A stretch of DNA of 64,000 nt from Camelus dromedarius (taxonomy: Eukaryota), in NCBI RefSeq assembly GCF_036321535.1, contig NC_087437.1, positions 34,970,001 to 35,034,000 of the forward strand, in the 5' to 3' direction. The translations under genes were made by a program, and so were the position numbers. The notes beneath the pieces are model-generated. The model was given only the letters and a program-made list of their open reading frames with translations, had not been told where the DNA came from and searched no databases. Positions 12,650-26,859 of this stretch are shown here, one piece after another (the first letter of the stretch is position 1; every line of letters starts with the position of its first letter).

Positions 12650-13520
12650 ATCTCACATCAAAACACCGTTCCCGTCCTCTCTCCCTGGCCAATGCGCCTT
12701 GAGCTTCTCCCGGCTTCTGTCGCCAGAGCGGCCCGGAGCGACGAGGTGTGGGCTGCGCCCCAGGGCAGTGCAGGGAGAACAGCATGCTCTTCGCAGCCGC
12801 GGCCTGGCCCCGCCACGGACGCCGGCGCTCCTCAGTGTCACCCACGGCCCCGCCGGGTCCCACCTCCCGCGCTCACCCCGTGGAGCCGCCGATCATCGCG
12901 GAGGCCCGAACCCCAGGGCGCGGCGGCTCGCAGCGCCACCCCGGCCGAGCTCCGGGAGAGGGCCGGAGGAGTGGGCGGCGCCGCCCTGCCGGCCTCCTGC
13001 CCAGCCGCTGGGGCCTCGGTATCCCGGAGGAGGGAGCGTCCCGGGAGCAGCGGGTCCCAAGGCCACGCCCGCCACCCAGCCCCGGGGGTCTCCAAGGCCT
13101 CCGGCCGTCCCACCGCCCCCTGCCCATACTCACCTGCCGTGTGCGGCGCGCACCCTACTCCGACGCGGGCGGGCGCCCGACGTTCCCGCCCCGCGCGCAC
13201 ACGCAGCCTCCCCGCAGCCGCACGCACGGCCGGGCGCGCGCAGACCACGCGCCGCGGCCGGGAAGCCCCTCGCTCACTCGCTCTCTCGCACGCACGCGCG
13301 GGCCCGGAGCCCCGGCGAGGTCTCCGCGGTGGTCTGGGCACGCCGTCTGGATTCTCGTCAGCACCTTGTCCTCCAGGCACTGTGGTACTAGGTAGGCATT
13401 TTACATTTGAGGCTGGCAGGGGTTGGCGACGTAGCGGCCGACCTCGGCAAGGGTTTCTATTTAACACTCGCTCCTCTTTGCGCTGCCTGCTCTGATTTCC
13501 GGTTGTGTAAATACCTGGCC
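12650..13520. promoter_or_regulatory. CpG-island promoter
   Basis: Abrupt, very GC- and CpG-rich ~0.9-kb stretch in a CpG-poor background; GC boxes (GGGCGG), (GCAC)/(GC) runs, ETS-type CCGGAAAT at ~13497 (minus) and ~13717, CCAAT boxes at ~12517, ~12554 and ~12689. Confidence 0.92.
13134..13320 (-). other. Probable non-coding first exon (5' UTR) of an unidentified minus-strand gene; TSS end approximate
   Basis: Plus strand 'atactcacctg' reads CAG|GTGAGTAT on minus, a perfect U2 donor inside the CpG island (intron starts at 13133); no ATG in this exon segment. Confidence 0.7.
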
Positions 13521-13984
13521 TCGAGGCATACTGGAGGGGTTTACTTGTGGAAATCCCCACAGAGCTATGAAAGAAAGAAGAAACCTTGGGAAGTTCTTTG
13601 CTCTCTCAAGAAATGCACGTGCCTCTTCTGGAGTCAATAGAAAATGAAGGGTGGGGATATGTCGGGGTTACAGTGGTCTGAGACGTGTACAGGAGTCCCA
13701 GGGAGTCGCATGTTCTCCGGAAATGCCTCTGGAAACTCTCCCTTAGTCTGGAGAATTCAAAGGTCTGTCCCACCCTGAGTCATCACCAACTCTTGGTCCT
13801 AGGGAGCTGGATGTTGCGGTATGGCTTCTGGTTGGACTTGCCTCTGCGTGGAAGTTGTTGAATAAATCCAGAAATAATATTTCCTCTCCCGGCACTCCTG
13901 GAATAGTGCCAACTGAAGACAGTTCCCCATTCTGGCCACTCGTCTGTGGCGCTGTGAACAGTTTGGCAGCAGCAGCACGGTGTG

Positions 13985-14715
13985 GGAAGTTGAAAGAGTA
14001 GTTCAGTGAACACTGATACACATTCCTCCGAGAATGAGTAACTGTTACCATTTTGCTGTAACTGCTTTCTTTCTTTCTCTCCTAAATACTTGAGCCGGCA
14101 TTTCCTAAGAATAAAGACCAAGACACTCTCGTATGCAACCATGTAAGAACCTGAATTACGTCTAAGAAACAATGATTTGATATCACCTAGTATCTAGCCT
14201 ATATGCAAATTTCTCCAGTTGTCAAAAAAGGTCTTATGTATTGGTTTTGTAGACAGATGGTCCAGTGAAGATTCATGCATCACGTTGTTTGTTAGGTACC
14301 CTTTGAATGCAGAACAGTCCTCCACCTGTGTTATTTTGTGGTATTGACTTTTTGAAGAGTCTAGGCCAGTTATCTGGCAGAGGATTCTTTCTCAATTTGT
14401 TTGACCTTGTTTTCCTCCTGATGTCATTTGACTTTTTCTCTAGCTCCCACATTTCCTGTAAGCTAGAAGGAAGGTTGAGAGGTTGTTAGATGGCAAGGAT
14501 CCTCGTAAGATGGCGTATTTATGAGGTGCTCTTCTTATTGTTTTCCATCAGGTAGAAAGTAATTGTAAATATTAAACACCTCATATTCTTATATACTTAA
14601 TATTAGGTCGTCGTAGTATCAGTGATCAATGAAATCTGAAGTGTCCTCCAGATGTCTCTAAAGTCCATTTTCCCTTTGGTGGTTAATAGGTAGTCTGTGG
14701 AGTGGAAACTTTGGA
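13985..14715 (-). mobile_element. L1MC4/5-like 3' region, antisense
   Basis: 'cctaaatacttgag...catttcctaagaataaag', 'attgactttttgaagagtctaggccagtta'. Confidence 0.65.
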
Positions 14716-15334
14716 ACTGTTTGGAAGAGAAAGTCTTAGATCCCTGCAGGATTACAGATGCATTCATCTAGGTGAATAGAATAATCTGTCATCTGGATCA
14801 TTCTGGTACCCACTACTTCAGATCACCTCGTGCTAGATGCTTCATTGAATTAGACACTCTAGCTTCATTCAAAGAACAGTAAAACTCTGGACTCTGGAGT
14901 TTGGGCCACTTTAGAGTTCCTATGGATAATTGTGGTAAAAGCAGTGATACTTTCTACAAGGTCTTGTGATGCTTATTTTAAGATTTGATAAAATCCAGGA
15001 GTTTCCTACATTTAGCTGGGCATACTTGCAGTAAACTCCCATTTCCATTCTAATAACAGGAACAAATCAAGAATATGTAATAGTGTGTGTAATCTCTGCC
15101 TGTAGTCTTCTGGTCTCTGGCTTATGTCATACATGAGTGTGAGCTCATCCATTTAAGCTCATAAGCTCTGTTGGGTGAGATCTCTGTCAAGTTTTCTCTG
15201 TATAACAGTGACCACTTCAGCTCCCACAAGAAAACTCTCAGAGGGTATCGTTTATTCCACAGACAAATGTTGGGTTCTAAACAGGAGTCTATATCCCTAC
15301 TTCTACAGTTTTTAGTAAGTCAGTCTAAGTCAGT

Positions 15335-15600
15335 GGATTGTATCAGTGGTTTTTGTTTGCATCAGCAAATTAGCATCTGCTCTTGCCCCTGCCAGTTGAT
15401 CTGAATTTCATCAGGATCAGCTTTCTAAGAGTCCAAGATAGAAGCTAACCTTGAAAGTTATATAGCATCATTTTTGTAACATTCTGTTGGTCAGTGGCAA
15501 GCATAGGGCCATTCAGGTTTCAAGGGGAGGGGATCAGGCAAGGCATGATCACCAGGAGATGAGGCTCACTGCCGGGAGTGTGGTGGGGGCTGTATGTTTA
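15335..15600 (-). mobile_element. Old MLT1 (MaLR) LTR fragment
   Basis: 'gcatcatttttgtaacattctgttggtcagtggcaagcatagggccattcaggtttcaaggggagggg'. Confidence 0.55.
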
Positions 15601-16939
15601 TGGAAAGGAGCTACCACACTACTCTTGGCCAAATGCAAACTTAGATCTGTAGTATGGATTGCACTGGGCCTTTGCTCAAAATCAGGTGGTCTGGATCATC
15701 TATTTAACTTCAAGCCTAGTGATAACCACCCATCCCCAATTGTGATCCACACAGAAAGCTGAACTAAGTGGCAGATTTCTGCTGTGGGCCCCCCCGAGGC
15801 AGACAGGGCTGATACGACCTTGAAATTAGACTGGCTCTCAGAGTCTCATTCAGATTGAGTCATAAAACTTTAGATTTATGATCTCTGATGGCAGATACCA
15901 TTCTTACTCTCCCTTTGCCCATATCACCCCTGCCTGTTTCTGGTTCTGTGAGCACTCACTCTTTTCTCTCAGTACTTACTTACCGGTGTCTCTGGCTATG
16001 AGATCTCAGCTCCTTGAGGGAAGAAACTCTGTGCTACCGCTCTGCATTGCTGTGCTGTATCTTCAGCGGATAGGTATGGGATTTAACTGAACAACCTAAC
16101 TGAGGTTTAAAGTCAGGTTATTTGCTTACTTCACAAAAACAAAATTAAGTATCTTGTGCTACCTCCAAATTCCAAAAGAACAGCATGCATCAAAGAGTTA
16201 TATTTCACACCCAAATGCTGTCTAATCAATCAGATAAACTTCCTAGCAATTTTCCAAACATATCATCAAGTGTTCGGAAGCCATATGCTTAATGATAAGT
16301 TTGAACTAGCAATCACCTTTAAAGACATACTACATTTTAACTTTAAATGTGTCTGCAGATAAAAATCAAAATGTAACAACAGTTTGTAATATATGCTGTG
16401 TATGTTCCAAGGCAGAAGTAATTCTGGAGAGGGTTTCTAATCTAGGGTAAATGCTGCTACTAATTGCTCAGTTGAGTTTTTTAATATGTGTTTTCTCCCA
16501 AACCTCATTGTAACTCTGTCTTCTTCCACTTGACAGAAAGCCTTGACAGTTTATTATGTTTAGAAGCAGCTGGGGTGTATTTCTAATTGATGATTTGTTA
16601 TCTTATATTTCTCACTTGACTATCCACATTTTTCATTCTCTTCTTCATTTTCCTGCAGCGTCTCCTGTCTTACTGAACTAGATGGATGGTGCTGCTTTTG
16701 TGCAAATGCAGGCAGTATTTCAGTCTCTCCCCTGCATTTCCTTCCATCAGACCACAGATACATACAGGACTGATGCTGGATAACATGCATATGGCACTTA
16801 AACATTAACAAAGTGTACTCACACATACTGTATCAGTTGGTTATTAACTCAGTATTTCTGTGGGATGGATATTGTCACTACCTTCATTTGGCAAGTAGGG
16901 AGACTGATGAACAAATGTCCCAGAATTCCTCAAATTTAA

Positions 16940-17520
16940 TGTGTCCTAGTCAACCTCAGTACCTTCCCGTAAAGTCTGTGTATTCTCTTGGATTCCTGAT
17001 TTGGTTAAAGCAGACCTGTTTATCAGTCACCCAAGTTTGACCCTCAGTTCTTCCCTCTCCATCACTCCACATGTCCAGTTGCCAAGACCCAGTGGACTCT
17101 GTCTCTGAGACCACAACTTTCTGATCCTTCCCCTGTTCCCCAAAAAGCCTCCTCTCTCACCTGGGTTTGTGTCAGAGCTCTCTGTGCCCCTGACTTCCAG
17201 GTTGCCCGTTGAATCCTTCACATTACCTCGAGGGCTGTCTTCCTCAAACCCAGATCTTTTCATGCACTCCTGCTTTAATTTGGTCAGTGTCTCCCCACAG
17301 GGCACAGTCCAGAGGGCTACAAAGCTCTTCACAGTCTGCCTCAGCCGACCAGCTCCTGCTGCTCTGGTTCCTGCTGTAAGTGCATTTTCATGCACTCATC
17401 GTTGTACCCACTGCTCCCTCAGAACGCAGCTTCAGGCCATGATTCCCTCCACCCTGGAACCACATCACCTGGCTCACCTAAAGCCCACATCTTCTGTAGT
17501 AGTACTTCTCCAGTCTAACT
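16940..17520 (+). mobile_element. L2 fragments
   Basis: Pyrimidine-rich L2-like motifs such as 'tttgaccctcagttcttccctctccatcactccacatgtccag'. Confidence 0.5.
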
Positions 17521-17534
17521 GTAAAAAGAGTCCA

Positions 17535-17745
17535 GGGCTGCACTGTCTGATAGGACTTCCTGTGATAACAAAAATGCTCTCTGCTTTCCAAAACCATAGG
17601 TGCTAATCATTTGTCATTACTGAGCACATGAAATGTAGCTAATGAGACTGAGGAACTGAATTTTTAATTTTACTTAATTTAAATTTACATAGCCACCATA
17701 TAGAATCATGAGACTAAGTGGCCGCCATATTGAATAATGCAATTC
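17535..17745. mobile_element. MER3-like hAT-Charlie MITE
   Basis: 'tactgagcacatgaaatgtagctaatgagactgaggaactgaatttttaatttt'. Confidence 0.75.
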
Positions 17746-17797
17746 TATATGAATCCCTCTTCATCCTTCAAAACTCAGTTCAAACATGGCTCAGCCT

Positions 17798-17975
17798 GAG
17801 GACCAGCTACATACTTTGTGGAGCCCAGTGCAAAATGAAAATGCAGGTCCCCTTGTTAAAAAGTTATTAAGAATTTCAAAACAGCAAGAGTGGAGCATTA
17901 AACAAAACACAGGGCTCTTCTGAGTGCAGAGCCCTGTGTGACTGCACAGTTCCCACACTCAAGCAAATGGCCCTG
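17798..17975 (+). mobile_element. MER45A-like hAT-Tip100 element, full length (178 bp)
   Basis: 'ggagcccagtgcaaaatgaaaatgcagg...aagttattaagaatttcaa...ggccctg'; 8-bp flanks CTCAGCCT / CTTAGACT form a degenerate hAT TSD. Confidence 0.8.
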
Positions 17976-17989
17976 CTTAGACTGGGAGA

Positions 17990-19504
17990 GAAATTCACAA
18001 AGGGAATGAAGAGGTAATTTACAGAAGAGGAAATCTGCATAGCCAATAGATAGCTGAAAAGAGGCACATTTTCATAGGAATCAGGGAAATGCAAATTAAA
18101 GCCACAATGAGATACAATTTTATACCTACTCATTGCTAGAAATCTTAAAGTACAATAATATCAAGTTGTCAGGATGTAATCACTGGTGATGATTGTATGA
18201 ATCATTTCTCTCATAAAATTGAAGATGCACATAACCTGTAAACCAGCAGTTACACTCTTAGGTGTCTTCCCTGGAGAAGCTTGCACATGTGCACAAGAGA
18301 GTGTGTACAAAAATGTCTATGACAGCTTTCTTTTAACTGAGAGGAATCTGAAACACAGTCATATGCACAAATTGGGGGCTTGATAAATAAATGCAGCATG
18401 TTTTAGGAAGAATTTCATTTGATAGTTAAAATGGGTGGATTAGAGCTATATTTCTCAGCTTGAATAGATTTCAAAAATATAATAATCAAAGAAAGCAAGT
18501 TTCATAAAGGTGCTATTTATGAGTATGTTTTACAAATGTGAAAATAGTTACATATTGTTTGTAAATACATATATGTGCATGTAGATATATATGTGCATGT
18601 GTATGTATATATATGTAGTAAACTTATAACCAAAGCACAGGCATGATTACCTCTAGTGAGGGGTAAGGGGACAAAGACTAGGGTAGCACAGGGCACTTCA
18701 CTAAATCTGCAGTGATTTATTTCTTAAAAAAAATGATTTGACTGAAATACACACACAAAGAAAACAGTGCAAGTAGAAGAAAGCGTGAGTGAATTGCTAT
18801 ATAACACAAGAAAGGGAAAACCTCACAAAATATGACTTAAAATTAAGATAATAAAAAATTCATAAATGCATTTATATAAAAGTTTTTAAAAAAATACTTC
18901 ATGAGGAGAAAACTGTAAGCAAAGTAAAAAAAATGACAACTTGGAGAAAATATTTGTAATGTCTGTCATTAGAGGGCTAATCTTTCTCCCCAATATTTCA
19001 TTATAAACATTTTCAAACATATAGCAAATTTTTAAAAATTTTGTAGAGAATACTCACTGCCTAGATTCTGCCATTAACATTTTACTGTACTTGCTTTATC
19101 ATGTATATATTTTATCTCTATTCATCCATTAATCCATATTTATTTTTGGTGCATTTCAAAGTAAATTGCAAACATCAGTATATTGATGCATGTGTATCAT
19201 TAACCAGAATTCAGTATTTATTTACAGGTGTTTCTTCTGATATAAAATTTAAATATAGTGAAATGCACAAATCTTAAGTGCATTCACTGATTTTTGACAT
19301 ATGCATATATCTGTGTCTTAAACCTTTATCCAGAAGGCTAATATTAGTAACATACAAAGAGCTCCTAAAAATGGAGAGAAAAATAGCAACTGTGCAATAG
19401 AAAAATGAGTAAAAGGTACAAGCAGACAGTTCCACAGAAAAAGAACTACAAATGGCTCCTAAACATATGAAAAGATTCTCAGCCTGCCCATAATAAGAGA
19501 AATA
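17990..19504 (+). mobile_element. Old L1M fragments, with an antisense L1M 3' end nested at ~18990-19330
   Basis: 'ttacagaagaggaaatc...agggaaatgcaaattaaagccacaatgagatac'; 'ttccacagaaaaagaactacaaatggctcctaaacatatgaaaagattctc'. Confidence 0.7.
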
Positions 19505-21312
19505 TTGAACAATTATCAATCTGAAAAGGAAATTAAGAAAACAGTTCGATTTATAATAGCATCAAAAAGAATAAAAATACTTAGGAATTAACTTAACCAA
19601 GGAGGTGAAAGACACTGAAAACTATAAAACATCGCACAAAGAAATGAAAATAAACAAATAAATAAATGGGAACATCTGATGTTCATGGAATGGAAGTCTT
19701 AATAGTGATCTACAGAGTCAGTGCAATCCCTATTAGAATTCTAACCTTTCTAGAGAAATAGAAATAGAAAAATCCATCCTAAAATACATACAGATTCTTA
19801 TGGGACCCCAAAACCAACACAATCTTGAAAAAGAACAAACTTGAAGGTCTCACACTTCCCAGTTTCTTATTACAAAGCTACAGTAATTAAAACATTGTGG
19901 GCCTGGCATAAAGATAAACTTATAGACCAAAGGAATAGAATTAGAGGGCCTAGAAATAACCCATCAAAATATATGGCCAAATGGTTTTCAACAAGGGTGC
20001 CAGTACCATTCATGGCGAAAGGACAGTTTTTTCAACAAATGGCACTGGGAAAACTGGCTATCCACTTCCAAAAGAATGAAGTTGGACCATCATCTAACAT
20101 AAATAAAAATTAACTCAAAATGGGTTGAAGAGCTATACAAAAAGCTAAAACTATAAACTCTCAGATGAAAACAGGAAAATCTTCATGACGTCAGATTTGG
20201 CAGTGATTTCTTGGATATGATAACAACAGCATAAGAAACAAAAGAAAACCATAGACAAATTGGACTTCAGCAAAATTAGAAACTTAACGTGTGTCAAAGG
20301 ACACTGTCAACAGAGTAAAAAGGCAGTTCACAGAATGAGAAAAAAATACTTGCAAATCATATAGGTGATAAGGGATTAATATCCAGAATGTATAAAAAAA
20401 AACTCCTAAAACTCAACACACACACACGTACAACCCAGTTCAAAAACAGGCAAAGAATTTGAAAGGACAGTTCTCCAAGGAAGATGTACAAATAACTAAT
20501 AAGCACATGAAAAGATGTTCAGTATCACTAATAATTAGGGAAATGCACATCAAAACCACAATGAAATACCACTTCAGGCCCATTAGAATGGTTATTATCA
20601 AAAAAACAGAAAACCTTTTTTGGCAAGAATGTGGAGAAATTGGATCCCTTGGGCATTGCTAGTGGGAATGTAAAGTCATGCAGCCACTGTGAAAAAAATA
20701 TGACAGTTCCTTAAAAAATTAAACATCGAATTACCATATGATCCAACGATTCTACTTCTGGGTATACATACAAAAGAACTGAAAGTAGAGATTTGAACAG
20801 ATATTTGTAAACTAATGTTCATAGCAGCATTATTCACAATAACCAAAAGATGGAAACAACCCAAATATCTATCAGTGGATGAATAAATAAATAGAATGAG
20901 ATATACACATTCTATAGAATATTATTCAGCCTTAAAAAGGAGTGAAATTCTAATACATGCTACAACATGGATGAGTGGGATATACTGTTAAGTGAAATAA
21001 GCCAGACACAAATGTACCAGTGCCGTATGATTCTACTTACATAAGGTACCTAGAATTCTCAGATATGTGGAGACAAAAAGTAGAACCGTGGTTACCGGTG
21101 GTGGATAGAGGAGGAATGGGGAGTTAATGTTTAATAGGTACGGAGTTTCAGCTTAGGATGATGCCAGTTCTGTAGATAGACAGTGGTGCTGGTTGCACAA
21201 CAATGTGAACATACTTGATGCCACTGAACTGTATGCTTAAAACTTACATATATTTTCCTACGGTGAAAAATGTTTTAAAAAGTGAAAAGTAAGTTGGGAA
21301 AAAAAAAAAAAA
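19505..21312 (+). mobile_element. L1MB-like 5'-truncated LINE (ORF2 3' part, 3' UTR, poly-A) nested in an older L1M
   Basis: ORF2 remnants [25 protein letters not shown] and FSKEDVQITNKHMKRCSVSLIIREMHIKTTM; A tail ending at ~21313; host L1 resumes with 'atgctaattaaaactac'. Confidence 0.9.
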
Positions 21313-21319
21313 AGAAATC

Positions 21320-24300
21320 TAGGAATGCTAATTAAAACTACTTTGAGATGGCATTTCTGACCCATCAGATTGATAAACATCCAGAAGTTAGAGACTGAGA
21401 GGCTGGCAAGTAACAGGTCTTCTCATCACTAGTGGAAAGGAAAAAATGTAGTGTAACCTCTGTGGTGGGGAGTTTGGCAATGTCTAGAAAAATTACATGA
21501 GCATTTACCCTTTGACCCAACATCCACTCACATCCAGGACTGTCTCCTGAAGATATACTTGCAGAAATATGAAATTGTTTGTAACATATAAATTACTATA
21601 ATAGGCATAAACTATAGTGGTATTATTTGGTATAGTAAACAAAAACAAAAACAATACCACAAACATGAAAACAATCCAAATGTTCAGTGATAGGGAACCA
21701 GTTTAGTAAACTATGGGGCATGCAAGTACTAGAGAATTATGCAATTGTAGAAAGGAATGAGGTATGGAACTATCGCTAAGGATTGTTAAGGGAGATAGAG
21801 CAAGATGAAGGACAGTGTTTATGTTGCGCTACCTTTTGTGTGAGAAATGGTGGGAAAATAAATGCATAAACATTTATATTTTTCAAAAAGTAACAGTGAA
21901 AGGATACATCAAAAACTAATAAAAAATGGTTTCCTAGATTGGGGGAGAGTGCAGGGTAAGGGGCAAGGGCAGAAGAAAAACTTCTGTGGATTCAGTTTTT
22001 GGCTTTGGAACCATATAATTTGATTTATATAATTTGAAAATGGGAAAAACAGATCCCTAAAATTGACAATGAAAGGAAACAAGTGAACCTAACCATATAT
22101 CAATTTGGTGCTATAGCTGCATAGAGAAAACAATCTCTTTTAAGAATATGGGATACCCCTAGTGGCATAGAATCTAAAGAAAAAAAATCACAAGGAAATT
22201 GCATACTGCCGCTTATTGTAATACTAATAGTGACATGATGTAGGGAAAAAAATAGCAACTAAATAATTGTGTTCATGCTACTATAAACTTAGATTTTCAC
22301 AGTAAGAGAAAAGAGATACAGTGTAAAAGTTTAAAACTTAAGTTAAAAAAAAGTAATGACTGCAGTGGATTGAAACATCAAATATATATAAATCTGAGCT
22401 CATAACGAGGCTTTCAAAACATATTGGTTACCATTGGAGGTTGCTAGATTACTAAGTCACCACTCTAAACATTGAAGAACACGGGAAAAAACACCAAAGC
22501 GCCTACCTTTCCTGTATAAATAATTAATGAAGAAAAGTCTTTTTTTTGTAGATGAATTCCAGCTAATGAACAAAGAGGGAATGATAGAATAGCCCTTCAC
22601 TGTTTTGCAACCTCTAATGAGACTATCACCTAAGGCTACCAAAACTATCAGGTAAAGTGTTGATGGGGAACTTCAAACTGGAGAAAATTGGCCAGCACCA
22701 CCAGAACCCAATGATCACCTTTAGCAAAAATAAAACTGGGACAACTGGAAATGTGTGCCTCATGGTAAATGTGATTATTCATATCATCAGTGAAGTATTC
22801 GTGGATAAAAATCTAATCAGGCTTCTAGATCTAACTTCTGTTTTATAGGAAATGTAGGAGATAGAGGAACAATTAAAGCAGTGATAGGAGGAAAATCAAC
22901 AGCCTAAAATAATTTTATCACTAGAAATGGAAGAAGGAAAATAAATGAACGAAAATTGCAATTCCAAACCTGGAAAGAGAGCAATAAAATAAATCAAAAG
23001 AAAGCAGGGAGAAGAAAATAATAAACAACAAAAAGCAGAAATTAATGATTAGAATAGGGAAAATAAAAGAACTAGTAAATAAATCATTGGGGAAAATAAC
23101 CTAAATAATTCTTTGGAAAAAAAAATTAAATAGACAAAGCATCAGCTAGCCTAATCATGAAAAGGAAAAAGGAGAAAATATACAAAACAAGAAACGTCAA
23201 GGGAAAGATAAGCATTGAAACAGAAAATGTTAAACATTTAAGAGACTACTTTGTACAACATCATGCAAATGTATTTGAAAACCTAGTTGAAACAAATAAT
23301 TCCCTAGGAAAATAAAAATTTCCAAAATTGTCCCTAGTAGGGATAAAGTTTAAACAAATCAATTTTCTTGGAAGAAATAGTGAACCCCAAATGCCCATTT
23401 TATAAAAATAGTTGAATAAATGATGGTCCATCCAAACAGTGGAATACTATGCAGCAAAGACCTCTATGTACTCATGTGGAGTGTTTTCAAGGAATATTTT
23501 GTTAAATGAAAAAAGCAAGGTATAAAAGAGTATGTTTAGTATAAACATTGTTTGAAAAGGGGAAATAAGACTCCATATGTATTTGCTTATTGTTAAAAAA
23601 AAGAAATATAAGAGGGATAAAGCAGAAACTAACAAAAATGTTGAAAATGAAATAAAACTTCCCTGAACTTATCTCTTTATATAGTTTTGACTTTTGAACC
23701 ATGTAAATGATCTGCATATTAAATCAACAGAAATTTAAAAAGCAAACCCTAATACTGAACACAGTCACAAATTAACCTAACTAATGAAACTATCAAATTG
23801 ATCATGACTACTCAGAAAGAAGCATTAGTTGTTGAATTAACTTTTGAGCACAGTACTCTGTTAATAGAATGTATTTTAAGTACAGAAAGAATTGCAAGAA
23901 ATACTGATCTTTTCTTGTTTGTTTTTTTATAATGATATCAGTGAAGAAATTCTGAAAATACTTTGTATGTATTATAGGTTAGAGAAAATTGTTGGAAACC
24001 AGGTTTTTTTTCTCACTATGGGAGAAGGAAGATACCGATACAGGGGAAAGTTAGGAAGAATCATATTTTTAAAATTTGATTTGATTTGCATTGGAAGTAT
24101 CAGAATTTATTCATAGTTTAATATTTTCTACCTCTGAAATTTTTATTTTCTAGGGTTCTGAAAAAGCCTAGAAGTAATAATATTCCAGTAACATTGGGCA
24201 CCTCTAGTATTTGAATGCTGATTTCTAAATACAGTTCTCCACTGAAGGGAGCTCAGGTTCTTTGAAGAAATGGCTGATTTCAAGTCTGGATAAAGAAAGT

Positions 24301-24730
24301 ACACAATGAGTTGGAGACATCTGGTGCACAAAAGTGAGGAAGTGCTCAAAATTAATTGGGGTATGTCGGAGGATACAGGAGCTAGCTCAGAGTTGTTCCC
24401 CTGGCCAAGTTTGTGTTAAGTTGACCATCAGAAGAATAATGATGTTAATGGTTATATTATCTTGAGTCAGAAAAAAACCCCATGAGTCCCTAGCGACACT
24501 CAAGATAAAGGTAGTGGTGGAGGTGAGCTTTCTTCTTTCACAGGCTGCCAGCTAGTACCTATAAAAGAATGAGTCTCAAAAATCACCATTTTGCCACTAA
24601 CATTGTAATAATTCAGATAAGGATCAATTTGGATGTTGAAATTATTTGGTGAAAGATTTTTGAGGATTATTGAGCTATAGGATATTCACCCATTATCATG
24701 TATCTCCCCACAATTCCTTATCAATTACAA
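21320..24730 (+). mobile_element. Mosaic of old L1M (L1MC/MD/ME) 3' UTR and ORF2 fragments
   Basis: 'ttaccctttgacccaacatccac', 'gaaatggctgatttcaagtctggataaagaaagtac', 'aaaatcaccattttgccac'. Confidence 0.65.
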
Positions 24731-24736
24731 TATAAT

Positions 24737-25223
<487 letters not shown>

Positions 25224-26391
25224 CCCAGAAGCTCTTTTCTGAGATCTTCAGCAATAATCTTCATTGGAAGAAGAGACTTCCGTTTGCTGAGGTATGTTGT
25301 TTTGGAACACTCCTACCTCTAAAGGCAAAAATGTTGTTCCTGAGTGAAACTGAGGCTGTCGGATTAGAGATGTTGAGAAGCTAAACCAAGTGCTTTACTT
25401 TGGAATGTAAACCCCATGTGTCTTTCCATAGGGCAGTATGTTAGCAAAGCCAAGACCCTGCTGAATTATATCTTCCATAGGAGAAATAATTATTTTCCAC
25501 ATTTGAATTTAGCCTGTGCTCTGTTTGGTTATTATCGCTGGAGATGTATGTATCTTCTTTGTGGAATAATATGCAGAGAGTCAGAAGCAGAACCCCCTAA
25601 AGCTGCAGGAGAGACACGCACACCTGGTCTACCTCCGGGACTTTGAAGTGACCTGGACTAGGTCCAGTTTAGCACAGAGTGAATTGTGGATACACCCACT
25701 GTGATTCCTTAACCCAGACTGTGATGATACTGGCTGCTGTTATGTCTTAATTGTTCTGAGGGGTGAGAAGGGGTGAGTCCAGGATGACCACAGACCTGAG
25801 GGTTAGGGTAGGGATTCTTTTGAAGGGAAACAATTCCACTAGCAGTCATCCACCTGAATAATGGAGTGTGTACCCATTACTCATTGACTGGCTCCCCTTT
25901 AATAATAGATCCACAATTATAAATTACTGAGTGTAAAACCTGAGGATGGAGGAGGGACAGGAACTGGAGAGGATGGAGAACTTTCTCCTGGTTTGGGTCC
26001 TTGTTGAGAGTTTGGTATGTACCTTGAATCATCGCGATAGTTGGGAGCCATTAACAAGGAGGCGGTTAAGGCAGGGTCCCACTGGGGGTGGCATCTCTGA
26101 GAGGGGCCACTTCTAAGAGCAGCTGGAAGTGACTGCCTGTGCTCAACTTCCCTGACAGCCTGTCTCAGCTATGCTGGGGGTACTAAGGGAAGGACCTGAC
26201 CAGTGAGGGGGACAGAGGTAAATGGCAAAGCACTGCCTCTCCCCTCGGGCCAAAGAGGAGATAGCAGGGATGTTACCAGTTAGCAAAGACATAAAAATTT
26301 TTTCCAAAGGGTAGAGGTCATCTGGCATAACTTCTAGGTGTCAGTTAATGGAATATGTACCTGTTACTCATTAGTTGTGCCTCTCTCTTAT

Positions 26392-26742
26392 AGTAGGTCC
26401 ACAATCTCTTACCAGTAATTCTAAATTCCCAGTAATTTTGAAAACTTAATATTTCTTCATAAATGTGCAGCTGTCTCATTTGGTGCAAAAGTTGACTGGG
26501 ACTTATGGGAGATTACTTATACTCTTTATTTATCTCCCTTGATTTCTGAATATTTATAGGCTTTGCTGCAGAAAAATGGGTGTGTTTGTTACCAGGGCAC
26601 TTGCCTCGGAGCTCTCTCGGCATGCTACATGGCACAGGCCCCATAAGTCTGAAAAATCAAAAATCTGAAAACTGCTAAATTCCAAAACCTGTCTGGCCAC
26701 AAGGGTAAAGGAGTTAGACCTAGATAGGGGATTTGTAGCTAT
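26392..26742. mobile_element. Old Tigger-like DNA transposon fossil
   Basis: Degenerate terminal inverted repeats 'taggtccacaatctct' / 'ggggatttgtagcta' and a Tigger-like internal segment 'aatctgaaaactgctaaattccaaaacctgtctggcc'. Confidence 0.45.
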
Positions 26743-26859
26743 ATTAACCTTCATCCAAGCTGGAGATCTGCCTCAGGGCCCTTGGGGTAGCAAGTTCCTT
26801 TGATCCTTGGATACACACTTGCCCCCTCCTGCTCTAAGGTGGAACCTGCAGACTGACAT

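Noticed and set aside
12461..13560. Long overlapping ORFs (344, 230, 215 and 240 aa) on both strands
   Set aside because: Pro/Arg/Ala/Gly-rich products in several frames are expected from stop-codon depletion in a CpG island; several use non-ATG starts; no recognisable domain.
80..24700. Recurring motif at ~80-250, ~22530-22700 and ~24520-24700 as a segmental duplication
   Set aside because: The copies are highly diverged and explained by independent L1MC-class 3' UTR fragments.
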